NCBI GenBank assembly: GCA_032251315.1
Contig: JAVVEE010000002.1
Span: forward strand, 13,332-77,331
Length of the DNA stretch: 64,000 bases
Direction: 5' to 3'
DNA from: Gammaproteobacteria bacterium
GTDB taxonomy: Bacteria; Pseudomonadota; Gammaproteobacteria; SZUA-229
Under the pieces are notes generated by a model. The model made no database searches, had not been told where the DNA came from, and saw only the letters and a program-made list of their open reading frames with translations. This document shows positions 1 through 8,956 of this stretch, in pieces. Each line of letters starts with the position of its first letter. Positions within the stretch are counted from its first letter, which is position 1. Both the position numbers and the translations under genes were made by a program.

Positions 1-74
1 TATGTGTTTTTTACTGACATAGCGTAGAGGTACGCACTGATATTCTGAATACGCTCAATCAAAAACAAGTTTTT

Positions 75-106
75 CTCTGCGCCTCAGCGCCTCAGCGCCT
101 CTGCGG
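75..106. repeat. Right arm of a GC-rich palindromic intergenic element (family A); the left arm would lie beyond the window start
   Basis: The tract ctctgcgcctcagcgcctcagcgcctctgcgg is built of three GCGCCTC-containing 8-nt units. It matches the arm sequence of the complete copies at 13270-13360 and 22542-22670 and is followed by ggtgaaagctttt as in those copies. Confidence 0.6.
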
Positions 107-176
107 TGAAAGCTTTTGATCTTGGTTTAGTTTTATTCCGATCCAACTCGCATTTATATTTTCTCGGCGGTAAAAG

Positions 177-201
177 CTTTTAACTGCCAACTGCCAACTA
201 T
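177..201 (-). repeat. 25-nt motif ATAGTTGGCAGTTGGCAGTTAAAAG (tandem GTTGGCA), 3 nt downstream of the pirin stop codon
   Basis: It is the exact reverse complement of the 25-mer at 26487-26511. Both copies lie just 3' of a stop codon in the same orientation relative to the gene. Confidence 0.7.
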
Positions 202-204
202 CTT

Positions 205-933
205 TTAATCAACATAAGGCCCGTATTGCCGTATAGGTTCACCGTGCGGCACGCCCATGCAGATCATAAACCGGCTGTCCTGCGTCGCTTTAAATTCGAG
301 TACCGTTTCGTGTTCCACAAACAGGGCCTGGTCGGCTTTAACCAAATTGTGATTCACCTTGATCGCGCCCTGCATGAGATAAACAATGCCACGCATTCCC
401 TGCGCCAGGATCAGCGAATAGCCCGCCTCTTTTTTCAGCGTGAGGTGCTGATAGATCACTTTGGTGTTTAATACCAGCGGGGAATCTTCACCGACCAATA
501 TTTTGGCCTGACCACCGGCCAGTGCAATCACCGGAAACTCATCTGCATTGACCTGCTGATAACCCGGCTCGATTTTTTTCAGACGCTGTGGCAAATTTAT
601 CCACAGCTGAATGCCGTTGCTTTCTTCCGTCTCGGCGGGCATTTCAGAATGCACCAGACCCCGGCCCGCGGTAAAACGCTGCGCGCCGCCGGCGCGGACA
701 TAGGATTCATTGCCCAGATTATCCTTATGCTTCATGCCGCCATCGAACATGTAGGTGATAGCCTCAAAACCACGGTGCGGGTGATCGGGGAAACCGCGTC
801 CCGGCCCGATGTTGAAATGATCCCACAATACAAACGGATCAAAATTCATAAAGCCGGGCAACGGCAACAGCCGCTTCACATCCACGCCGTCGCCTTCCGG
901 CACGGTGGTGACTTGGTGTAATTCCAGACTCAT
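205..933 (-). CDS. Pirin family protein (bicupin)
   Basis: The 242-aa ORF has the N-terminal cupin motif FPDHPHRGFEAITYMFDG...H.D typical of pirins. Its ATG overlaps the upstream GST stop codon (ATGA). Confidence 0.85.
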   Translation of the reverse strand: MSLELHQVTTVPEGDGVDVKRLLPLPGFMNFDPFVLWDHFNIGPGRGFPDHPHRGFEAITYMFDGGMKHKDNLGNESYVRAGGAQRFTAGRGLVHSEMPAETEESNGIQLWINLPQRLKKIEPGYQQVNADEFPVIALAGGQAKILVGEDSPLVLNTKVIYQHLTLKKEAGYSLILAQGMRGIVYLMQGAIKVNHNLVKADQALFVEHETVLEFKATQDSRFMICMGVPHGEPIRQYGPYVD

Positions 934-1919
934 GCTGCACCTCCAAATTTTATGGCTCGATCATGCGGGGCTGAAAAATTCAGCGCCGGTCCTTTGGGGA
1001 TAATCTGGCTAGGGTTGACACTGGTGTGACTGAAATAATAGTGGCGTTTGATGTAGTCGATGTCGACCGTCCCGGCGATACCGGGCAGTTGATAAAGCTC
1101 TCTTAGAAAATTCGACAAGTTGGGATAATCAGCGATGCGTTTTAAGTTGCATTTGAAATGACCGACATAGACTGCATCAAAACGCACCAGCGTGGTAAAC
1201 AACCGCCAGTCGGCTTCGGTTAGCTGATCGCCAACCAGGTAACGTTGCGTGGATAAAATCGCTTCAACGCGATCCAGCTCGTCAAACAGATGGTCAAAGG
1301 CCTTTTCATACGCGGCCTGTGTGGTGGCAAAACCACAGCGATAAACACCGTTATTAATGTGCTCATAAATCGGCTGATTGATACGCTCAATCTGCGCGCG
1401 CAGGGCTTCGGGATAATAGTCGGTATCGACATCCGTCAGAGCATCAAACGCGGAATTGAGCATGCGCATGATTTCCGAGGATTCGTTATTCACTATGGTA
1501 TTGTGTTTTTTGTCCCACAAAATCGGTACCGTAATCTGGCCGGTAAAGTGGGCATCCGCCTGCTGATACAGCTGGTAGACATAGCGATAACCAAACAGCG
1601 CATCGCGGTATTTTCCTTCACTGGAAAAGGTCCAGCCGTGGTCGAGCATCTCGGCTTCGACATAGGAGATGCCGATCACCGATTCCAGTTTTTTCAGGCG
1701 ACGCATTATCACGGTGCGGTGCGCCCACGGGCAGGCTTCCGAGACATACAGATGATAACGCCCGGCTTCGGCTTTAAAGCCGGCTTCACCACTGGGTCCG
1801 GCACTGCCATCCGCGGTCACCCAGTGGCGAAAGGAGGATTCCATGCGTTTAAACTCACCGGCTTCGATCTCTTTATCCAGCCAGCTGTCAGCCAGCTCGC
1901 CGTTAATCAGCATACCCAT
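930..1919 (-). CDS. yqjG: Xi-class glutathione S-transferase / glutathionyl-hydroquinone reductase (YqjG/ECM4 family)
   Basis: It carries the CPWAHRT active-site motif and is colinear with E. coli YqjG from MGMLINGEL onward. I chose the ATG at 1919, which has AGGA 9 nt upstream; the ORF track extends to 1949. Confidence 0.85.
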   Translation of the reverse strand: MGMLINGELADSWLDKEIEAGEFKRMESSFRHWVTADGSAGPSGEAGFKAEAGRYHLYVSEACPWAHRTVIMRRLKKLESVIGISYVEAEMLDHGWTFSSEGKYRDALFGYRYVYQLYQQADAHFTGQITVPILWDKKHNTIVNNESSEIMRMLNSAFDALTDVDTDYYPEALRAQIERINQPIYEHINNGVYRCGFATTQAAYEKAFDHLFDELDRVEAILSTQRYLVGDQLTEADWRLFTTLVRFDAVYVGHFKCNLKRIADYPNLSNFLRELYQLPGIAGTVDIDYIKRHYYFSHTSVNPSQIIPKGPALNFSAPHDRAIKFGGAA

Positions 1920-2050
1920 ATCTGTTTTCCTGAACTGTTTTGCCGTCACCGCGCCCGCAATTCCACACTCGGCGGCACCGCGTCATACATTACCTTAAAG
2001 CGGTTGACCCAATCCCCTACATTATGCATGCCATCGACAAAGTCGAGCCA

Positions 2051-2080
2051 GGAGGCTGGTAGAGCAGTCCGGCCTCCTAG
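2051..2080. repeat. Short hairpin with GGAGGCTG...GCCTCCTAG termini (minimal member of family B), overlapping the epmA stop codon
   Basis: The sequence is ggaggctggtagagcagtccggcctcctag. Its termini resemble the elements at 8690-8733 and 63153-63318. Confidence 0.4.
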
Positions 2081-3051
2081 ATACGTGCCCAGGGAAATGC
2101 CAGCACCCGGTCAATCGAAGTTTCTTTGCCCAGCGCCATCAGCAGGCGATCCAGCCCCAGGGCGACACCTGAACAGTCCGGCAGGCCATTCTCCAGTGCC
2201 GCCAGCAGATACTCATCGATTTTTACCTGCGGTTTATTTTCCGCCGCTCTGGCTGCATTATCGGCTTCAAAGCGCTGCCGCTGCTCCCCGGCCTGCGTCA
2301 GCTCGTGGAAGCCGTTGGCCAGTTCGGTGTCACCGTAGAAAAGCTCAAAACGGCTGGCCACAAGCTCGCCCTGCTCATTCTCTTTCAGGCGAGCCAGGGC
2401 GCACTGCGAGGCCGGGTAGTCATAAACAAAGGTGAACTGATCGGTAGGCAGAGCGGGGAATATCAGCTGCGTCAGCAGCCAGTCCAGCCACTCATCCTTC
2501 TGCTCATCCAGCCCTACCGGCTGCTCGATGCCGTATTGCAATGCACACTCCCGGCAGTCCCCGGCACTGGCCTGATGTGGATTCAGCCCGGCATACTGCT
2601 CAAAAACCTGCCTGTAGCTGAGGCGGATAAACGGCTTTAAATCGCTGCCCGCCAATGTCGAGGCCAGTGCTTCCACTTCCGCCATCAGCTGATGCATATC
2701 AAAACCGGGGCGATACCACTCCAGCATGGAAAATTCGGGGTTGTGCATCAGCCCCAGCTCTTCATCACGAAAGACTTTGCAAATCTGGAAGATGGCTGCG
2801 CCATACTCGGCCAGCAGCCGTTTCATGGCATGTTCGGGCGAGGTCTGTAGATAGTAGCGCTGCCCGGCAAAAACCGTTTGCAGGCTCTCTATGTGCAGGT
2901 CGGTGGTGCCGGCGGAGGCCAGCAGGGGCGTCTCCACCTCCAGAACATCACGGGCATGAAAAAAGGCCCGTATGTCGTGCAACATATGAGCCCTTTTTTT
3001 CATCACTTCCAGACTGGCGACGGGTGGCCAGTTATCTTTTGCTATCACCAT
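2077..3051 (-). CDS. epmA: Elongation factor P--(R)-beta-lysine ligase (EpmA/PoxA/GenX)
   Basis: The 324-aa ORF is colinear with E. coli EpmA (class II LysRS-like core: HNPEFTMLEWY, ELANGFHEL, DCSGVALGLDRL). It sits directly downstream of efp. Confidence 0.92.
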   Translation of the reverse strand: MVIAKDNWPPVASLEVMKKRAHMLHDIRAFFHARDVLEVETPLLASAGTTDLHIESLQTVFAGQRYYLQTSPEHAMKRLLAEYGAAIFQICKVFRDEELGLMHNPEFSMLEWYRPGFDMHQLMAEVEALASTLAGSDLKPFIRLSYRQVFEQYAGLNPHQASAGDCRECALQYGIEQPVGLDEQKDEWLDWLLTQLIFPALPTDQFTFVYDYPASQCALARLKENEQGELVASRFELFYGDTELANGFHELTQAGEQRQRFEADNAARAAENKPQVKIDEYLLAALENGLPDCSGVALGLDRLLMALGKETSIDRVLAFPWARI

Positions 3052-3080
3052 ATCAGTGAATACGATTCAGTTGGTAGCGA

Positions 3081-3644
3081 TCAGGCTCGAGACACATACT
3101 CACCGGTACGGGTATCAATTTTCAGAATATCACCGGTTTCAACAAACAGCGGCACCTTTACTTCCGTGCCGGTCTCCAGCGTCGCCGGTTTGGTGCCGCC
3201 CTGAGCGGTGTCCCCCTTCAGGCCGGGATCGGTCTGGGCCACGGCCAGCTCAACGAAATTTGGCACGGTAATTGACAGCGGCGCATCGTTCCATAATGTC
3301 ATGACGCAGTGCTCCTGACCCTTAAGCCATTTGGCCGCATCACCTACGGCGACACTGTCGGCGGCATGCTGTTCGAAACTTTCGGGTTCCATAAAATGCC
3401 AGTTTTCACCATCACTGTATAAAAAATCAACATCGCGCTCTTCCACATCGGCCGCTTCCAGCGATTCCGTTGCCTTGAAGGTGCGCTCCAGCGTGCGCCC
3501 GTTTTTCAGGTTTTTCAATTTGACGCGGTTGAATGCCTGTCCCTTGCCCGGTTTCACCAGAATATTCTCTGTAATCGTATAAGGGTCGCCGTCGATAATA
3601 ACTTTTAAACCGTTTTTAAATTGATTTGTACTATATGTAGCCAT
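3081..3644 (-). CDS. efp: Elongation factor P
   Basis: The 187-aa ORF has the KPGKGQAF loop containing the modifiable Lys34 and is flanked by epmA and epmB. Confidence 0.95.
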   Translation of the reverse strand: MATYSTNQFKNGLKVIIDGDPYTITENILVKPGKGQAFNRVKLKNLKNGRTLERTFKATESLEAADVEERDVDFLYSDGENWHFMEPESFEQHAADSVAVGDAAKWLKGQEHCVMTLWNDAPLSITVPNFVELAVAQTDPGLKGDTAQGGTKPATLETGTEVKVPLFVETGDILKIDTRTGEYVSRA

Positions 3645-3712
3645 GTTGTTAAGCTGCCGCTGGATGTTTTAAGTTGGCGTAATAATACCCTGAACAGGCT
3701 CAGTTTTCACAT

Positions 3713-4729
3713 ATGCAATCACAATCTCTCTGTACTGTTTTGCCGCCTGCCCCGAAAAGCGACTGGAAAAGACAGCTTGCCGAAGCTATTTCATCACCGG
3801 CAGAGCTGCTGCAGCAGCTGGGACTCGAATCTTTACTGCTTGAACACACTGAGCTGAACCCCGATTTTCGCCTGCGCGTGCCACAGGCCTATATCAACAA
3901 GATGAACAAAGGGGATGCCCGCGACCCGCTGCTGCTACAGATTCTGCCGACTCTGGCCGAACATGCGCCAGGCGGCGAGACCGATCCGGTCGGCGACCTG
4001 AATGCCATGCCCTCGCCCGGACTGCTGCATAAATATCACGGTCGTGCGCTGATTATCAGCACCGCCGCCTGCGCCATCCACTGCCGTTACTGTTTCCGCC
4101 GCCACTTTCCCTATACCGAAGCTCAGGCGCTGTCATCGCAATGGCCGACCACGCTGGCCTATTTACGAGAGCAGACTGATATTCACGAAGTGATTCTGAG
4201 CGGTGGCGACCCGCTGGTGCTGGACGATGACAAGCTGGCTTCGCTGTGCCGAGACCTGGAAAGCATCGCGCATATAAAATGGCTGCGCATCCACACGCGT
4301 TTGCCGGTGGTACTGCCTGCGCGCATTACCCCCGCCCTGCTTGGCTGGATGCAGGCGTCGCGTTTCCGTATCACCATGGTGATACATGCTAACCACGCCA
4401 ATGAATTAGGAGCAGATGAAAAACGAGCTTTGGGGGCATTGCAAAACGCCAACATCACCTTGCTGAACCAGAGTGTTTTACTGCAAACGATCAATGATGA
4501 CGCCGCCACGCTGATCGCCCTGAGCCGTCGGCTTCATGATTGCGGCGTCATGCCCTACTACCTGCATCTGCTCGATCCGGTTCAGGGAGGACTGCATTTT
4601 GACATAGATCGCAAAAAAGCCTGCCAAATCATCGACTTCATGCGCGCGGAGCTGCCCGGCTACCTGGTTCCCAGACTGGTCGTTGAAGAAAAAGGGGCCC
4701 CTTCAAAAACAGCAATTTCTCAGATCTGA
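3713..4729 (+). CDS. epmB: EF-P beta-lysylation protein EpmB (lysine 2,3-aminomutase-like radical SAM, YjeK)
   Basis: It has the CAIHCRYCFRR radical-SAM motif and KamA-like length, and is divergent from efp. Confidence 0.9.
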   Translation: MQSQSLCTVLPPAPKSDWKRQLAEAISSPAELLQQLGLESLLLEHTELNPDFRLRVPQAYINKMNKGDARDPLLLQILPTLAEHAPGGETDPVGDLNAMPSPGLLHKYHGRALIISTAACAIHCRYCFRRHFPYTEAQALSSQWPTTLAYLREQTDIHEVILSGGDPLVLDDDKLASLCRDLESIAHIKWLRIHTRLPVVLPARITPALLGWMQASRFRITMVIHANHANELGADEKRALGALQNANITLLNQSVLLQTINDDAATLIALSRRLHDCGVMPYYLHLLDPVQGGLHFDIDRKKACQIIDFMRAELPGYLVPRLVVEEKGAPSKTAISQI

Positions 4730-4841
4730 ACTAGACTTGCTGAGAACAGGGATGAATACCGTGCATGTTTACCGACCCGACTTTATACCCTTAAGTCTCT
4801 TTCGATATAATATGCACTAGAAAATAAATGACAAAAAAATC

Positions 4842-6511
4842 ATGAAATTACTCATACCAGAACAGGCCGAGGTCAGTAATAGCATTTTACCGCTTCATCC
4901 GCGCAAGGCCAAAAAGTGGCTCTCTGATTTACCCCAGGCCAATATGGGTGAAATGACCAAACAGATTTTTGCTCTGATTCGCGAACTCAACCGTAAAAAA
5001 ATACCCGCCAAACATCGTCTGGAAATCATGGAAATGCTGCGCCCACCTTGCCGCGGCATCTTTGACAATCTGAAAAAGTATTTCATCAATCGCACCTTCC
5101 CGCTGCCCGAAAAAAGCAAAAAAATCGTCAATCTCAATCAGGCCCTGCTCCAGGAGATGGCACTGGGTTACAAGATCATCATCCAGCAGGCCGCCGACAA
5201 AATCGAAAAGATTGATAACAAAACTCAGGCCATCGCCATCACCCGGGCCATTAAATATCAGTCAGAGCTTTTCCTGCGAGCCAGCGAAATATACGCCTCC
5301 GTGCCAGCCAATGTCTGGCGTGACGTGCATCAGATGTTCGCTTATGCGGTTGATTTGAAAGCGTATAAAAACATGGTCAAGGACAATGAGCATCCCGGCG
5401 AAAAGACCACCATCGAAGACCTGTACAAACAGATGCTGCTGTTTGCTCTCTCCCGACCCACTACCATGCGTCAAAGCGACAGTCAACGTGTCTACAACAA
5501 ACTGAATCAATGGACTGCGCAAACCAGACTGTATGTACAACCTCAGGAGAACCAGATCGACCGTTTCTTTTGCGTGCGAGTTGAAGAAGACCGGCCTCCG
5601 TCTTACCTGAATCCACAGGACTGCGCGAGCGACAACCGCTTCTTTACTCTGGAGACCACCGAGCTTGTTGACACTATTCGCAAACAGATTAACAGCTCCG
5701 ATAACCACGATGCCGTTACCGTCGGCGAGAAGCTTTCGATAGAGACGCTGAAAGTCCTGTCCCTGTCATGGGGGGTAATGCCTAACCGCCGATTCTCCAG
5801 AACCGGAAAACATGGCAGTATCGCTGCTGCTATCGGACTAAAACATGCGACAGAAATGATTCGGGAAAGAAATTTACCGGAGTCGGTCGAATAGGTGCAG
5901 AACGCCTTCGATAGAGGCGACGGATTTACCCTGGAACATATTCCTGATGAAGCAAAATCCATGCATGACAATTCGTCGTCTTATATGACTCATACTGCCA
6001 CCAACGATGCCTCCGGTAACGTCTGGGATATGGTCGCCAAAGGCACGGCAATGACCGACACTTATCATCGCCAACGCGCTTTGCAGGCCGCCGCGGAAAT
6101 AAAGAATGGCGAATCGGCAGCATACGCTGGATGCAGTTCACCACGGCCAACGGCCTGGAAATCGGCGTACAGACACTGTCACCCAAGGTCATTGCCACGA
6201 TAGTGCATCGCATCAATCGACCTCAGGACCCGCCCTTTGATGCGCTCATGGTGCCGGGAATCAAACCCATCAATCAGCCTGCCACAATAATATTACCCGC
6301 GCAGACTTTCAAAACAGGTGATACAATAAAAGTAGAGATATTCGATCGGAATATAGAAATAAAGCTGAGTGACCGTAAAGAACATACCGGCTTATTCACA
6401 CAATTTCTGTTCATACATCTGGATCAGCACGTTCAACAGAAAAATGTCGAAAAACAGGAAGAAGTCTCCAAAAAGAGGGACGACTTCGACGAAATCTGGT
6501 CTTCGCTGTAA
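4842..6511 (+). pseudogene. Conserved hypothetical gene interrupted by an in-frame TAG (5892-5894) and a -1 frame change near 6020-6203
   Basis: Frame 0 is open over 4842-5891 and stops at TAG. The same frame reopens at 5895 and runs to 6203. Frame 2 is open from 6020 to 6511 and reads KEWRIGSIRWMQFTTANGLEIGVQTLSP. The three pieces total about 555 codons. Confidence 0.6.
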
Positions 6512-6576
6512 TCGCTAAACTGCAACTCACCTGGGCGATATTTAGTGCTCGGGCATTTACTGGATCATAATAAACA

Positions 6577-8667
6577 ATGGCTGATAAAACCATTAACCTG
6601 ATTATTGTCGATGACTCCTTCGACACCGAAGAAAAAGTTATCAGCACACTCAGAGCATTGGGTTACGCCACACGTTCATCACGGGTGGAAGATGATGAAG
6701 ACCTGATAGACAGCATCAAAGCACGCCATCCTGATCTGGTACTGTATTCACAGGGCATGGAGTTAATCAGTCTGGAGCAGACCTGCAAAATAATACAGAA
6801 AAATACCGACAATGCACTTATTCCAGTCATTGCGGTAGATAAAAGCGAAGCCACCGCTGCTATAACGGATGTCATCAGTGCCGGTGCCATGGACCTTTCT
6901 TCCTACGAGAACATGAAGCATCTTGCGCAGGTTATTCATCGCGAAGTGCGCGCCTATCGTAACTGGAAGAAAAATCTGGAACTGCAAAAAATTCTGGACG
7001 AGTCTGAACTGCGTTGCAACTCATTGCTGGACAGTTCGCGCGACGCCATTGCCTATATCCATGAAGGCATGCATGTCTATTCAAATGACTCCTATCTGAA
7101 TTTATTCGACATTGCACAGTCTGATGATCTTGAAGGCATCCCTATACTTGATATGGTCGCAAATAACAGTCGCGATGATTTTAAGGCCTTTTTGCGCGAA
7201 TATATGAAAACAGACAGCGGCCTCAAAAAACTGGTTACCCGCCTGCACAAACCCGATGGCAAGGAATTTGACGGTGAAATGGAATTCTCGGCAGCACACA
7301 TTGATGGCGAGCCCTGCATACAGATCGTTATTCGCAAAGAAGATGTCAATACCGAAGAACTTGAGCGCCAGTTAAAACTGCTCAACCAGAAAGATCAACT
7401 GACCGGACTGTACAATCGCCAGTACTGTCTGGAGGAAGTAGAAACCATCATTAGTGAATGCGAAGGCAATGACAACATCGCTGCCATTATGGAGATACGC
7501 CTCGACAACTTTGACAATATTAAAAATGAAGTCGGCGTTGTCGGTGCAGACCATTACATCGTTGCCGTCGCCAAAGCCATTGCCGAATACACACACGAAA
7601 ATGATATTTTATCGCGCTACACACATGCCAGTTTCACCATTCTCAGCCGCGGAAACGATAAGGGCCTCATCGAGAAATATGCAAAGGAAATTCAGGAAAA
7701 GATCAGTGAATACGAAGTTCAGATTAAAGATGAAACCGTCAACACCACCTGCAGTGCCGGCATCGTTCTTATCAATAAAAGCTCACCGGATTGCAATGAA
7801 GTTTTAGCGCGTGTAGAAAAAGCTTCCGATGAAGCCGCCGCCAGCGGCACCAATCAGATCAGTTTTTACGTTCCTAAAGAGGGTGAGTTAACCCGACACG
7901 AGGCCGATTTAAAATTTAAGGGGCAACTTACTGATGCGATAATGCATAACAGGTTTGTTCTCTACTACCAGCCCATTGTCAGCCTACATGGTGACACCGA
8001 CGAACGTTATGAAGTTTTCGTACGTCTGAAAGGTGAGGATGGCAATCTAATAATGCCTCAGGACTTTTTTCCTGCCGCAGAACGCATCGGCATGGCCATC
8101 GCCATTGATCGCTGGGTACTGACACGCGCTATCCAGGTATTGTTTGAGCGCTGGGAAAAAGGCAACCGCACCCGTTTTTTTATCAAGCTTTCAGCACCTT
8201 CACTGAAAGATGACACTCTCATCGCCTGGCTGGACCACCAGATCAAGGAGAAAAAATTACCCGCTGACTGCCTTATTTTCGAAGTAAAAGAAACCGCCGC
8301 TGTGACCAATCTGAAGCACACCAAAGCCATGTCTGAAAGTCTCAGGAAAATCAACTGTGGTTTCGTACTGGATGACTTTGGCACTAGTGCAACTCCATTT
8401 CAGATACTTGATCATATAGATGTCGATTACATTCGTCTTGATAGAAGCTTCATGGTCAATCTGACTGAAAATGAAAAGGACCAGGAAGCTGTACGGAGCA
8501 TCACGGCCCAGGCCACTGAGCGCGGCACATTAACCATCACCCAGTTTGTTCCTGATGCAGGCAGCCTGTCAGTGCTCTGGGGAATGAATGTTAACTTTAT
8601 TCAGGGACACTTTCTGCAGGAACCTTCACCTGTTATGAATTATGATTTCACCAATATGGGAGGTTAG
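6577..8667 (+). CDS. FimX-like c-di-GMP signalling protein: pseudo-receiver, PAS, degenerate GGDEF and degenerate EAL domains
   Basis: In this 696-aa ORF the REC-like N-terminus lacks the acceptor Asp (PDLVLYSQG). The GGDEF position reads THASF and the EAL position reads EVF. The domain order matches FimX and the gene is adjacent to parC/parE. Confidence 0.7.
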   Translation: MADKTINLIIVDDSFDTEEKVISTLRALGYATRSSRVEDDEDLIDSIKARHPDLVLYSQGMELISLEQTCKIIQKNTDNALIPVIAVDKSEATAAITDVISAGAMDLSSYENMKHLAQVIHREVRAYRNWKKNLELQKILDESELRCNSLLDSSRDAIAYIHEGMHVYSNDSYLNLFDIAQSDDLEGIPILDMVANNSRDDFKAFLREYMKTDSGLKKLVTRLHKPDGKEFDGEMEFSAAHIDGEPCIQIVIRKEDVNTEELERQLKLLNQKDQLTGLYNRQYCLEEVETIISECEGNDNIAAIMEIRLDNFDNIKNEVGVVGADHYIVAVAKAIAEYTHENDILSRYTHASFTILSRGNDKGLIEKYAKEIQEKISEYEVQIKDETVNTTCSAGIVLINKSSPDCNEVLARVEKASDEAAASGTNQISFYVPKEGELTRHEADLKFKGQLTDAIMHNRFVLYYQPIVSLHGDTDERYEVFVRLKGEDGNLIMPQDFFPAAERIGMAIAIDRWVLTRAIQVLFERWEKGNRTRFFIKLSAPSLKDDTLIAWLDHQIKEKKLPADCLIFEVKETAAVTNLKHTKAMSESLRKINCGFVLDDFGTSATPFQILDHIDVDYIRLDRSFMVNLTENEKDQEAVRSITAQATERGTLTITQFVPDAGSLSVLWGMNVNFIQGHFLQEPSPVMNYDFTNMGG

Positions 8668-8689
8668 CTACAGCTTTTTCTCATTACTG

Positions 8690-8733
8690 GGAGGCTGTTG
8701 GGTTTAGGGGGATTGAAGCGACAGCCTCCTAGC
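8690..8733. repeat. Family B element, internally deleted copy (hairpin GGAGGCTGT...ACAGCCTCC)
   Basis: The sequence ggaggctgttgggtttagggggattgaagcgacagcctcctagc matches the first ~30 nt and last ~15 nt of the 166-bp copy at 63153-63318. Confidence 0.65.
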
Positions 8734-8767
8734 TCTGCATTGGAATACATACGTACTATTGAGTTAT

Positions 8768-8873
8768 ATGGAAAGGATACCCTTCAATCAAGACGCGCTG
8801 AGAATACATCCGTGTACGCTCGGCAGCAGCATCCCTGCTGCTGACGGTCTTGATTGAAGGGTATCCTTTCCAT
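8768..8873. repeat. 106-bp perfect long hairpin (27-bp arms) with a nested GCAGCAG/CTGCTGC stem-loop
   Basis: atggaaaggatacccttcaatcaagac (8768-8794) is the exact reverse complement of 8847-8873. The element lies between the convergent fimX-like and parC genes. Confidence 0.8.
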
Positions 8874-8919
8874 GCACCTTGTTAGTAAGTCTGCAAAAAA
8901 ACCATAATAGGTGCAACGA

Positions 8920-8956
8920 TCACTGACTCAGCCCGCATATCGGGCTGAGTCAGTGA
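8920..8956 (-). terminator. 16-bp perfect stem-loop abutting the parC stop codon; possible bidirectional terminator
   Basis: The structure is tcactgactcagcccg-catat-cgggctgagtcagtga. The T-run is not adjacent (about 17 nt away on the minus strand), so this is not a canonical intrinsic terminator. Confidence 0.45.

Noticed and set aside
598-606. DnaA-box-like TTATCCACA
   Set aside because: It is a single occurrence inside the pirin coding sequence, with no cluster of boxes or AT-rich unwinding element, so it is not an origin.
1290-2435. 381-aa plus-strand ORF
   Set aside because: It runs antisense through the well-supported GST and epmA genes and across their intergenic gap. The translation is Pro/Arg/Ala-rich low-complexity sequence typical of antisense frames in GC-rich coding DNA.
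6093-6110. Programmed -1 ribosomal frameshift in the broken gene upstream of the fimX-like gene
   Set aside because: No X-XXY-YYZ slippery heptamer or downstream pseudoknot-like structure was seen in the frame-overlap region. The additional in-frame TAG argues for mutational decay or sequence error.
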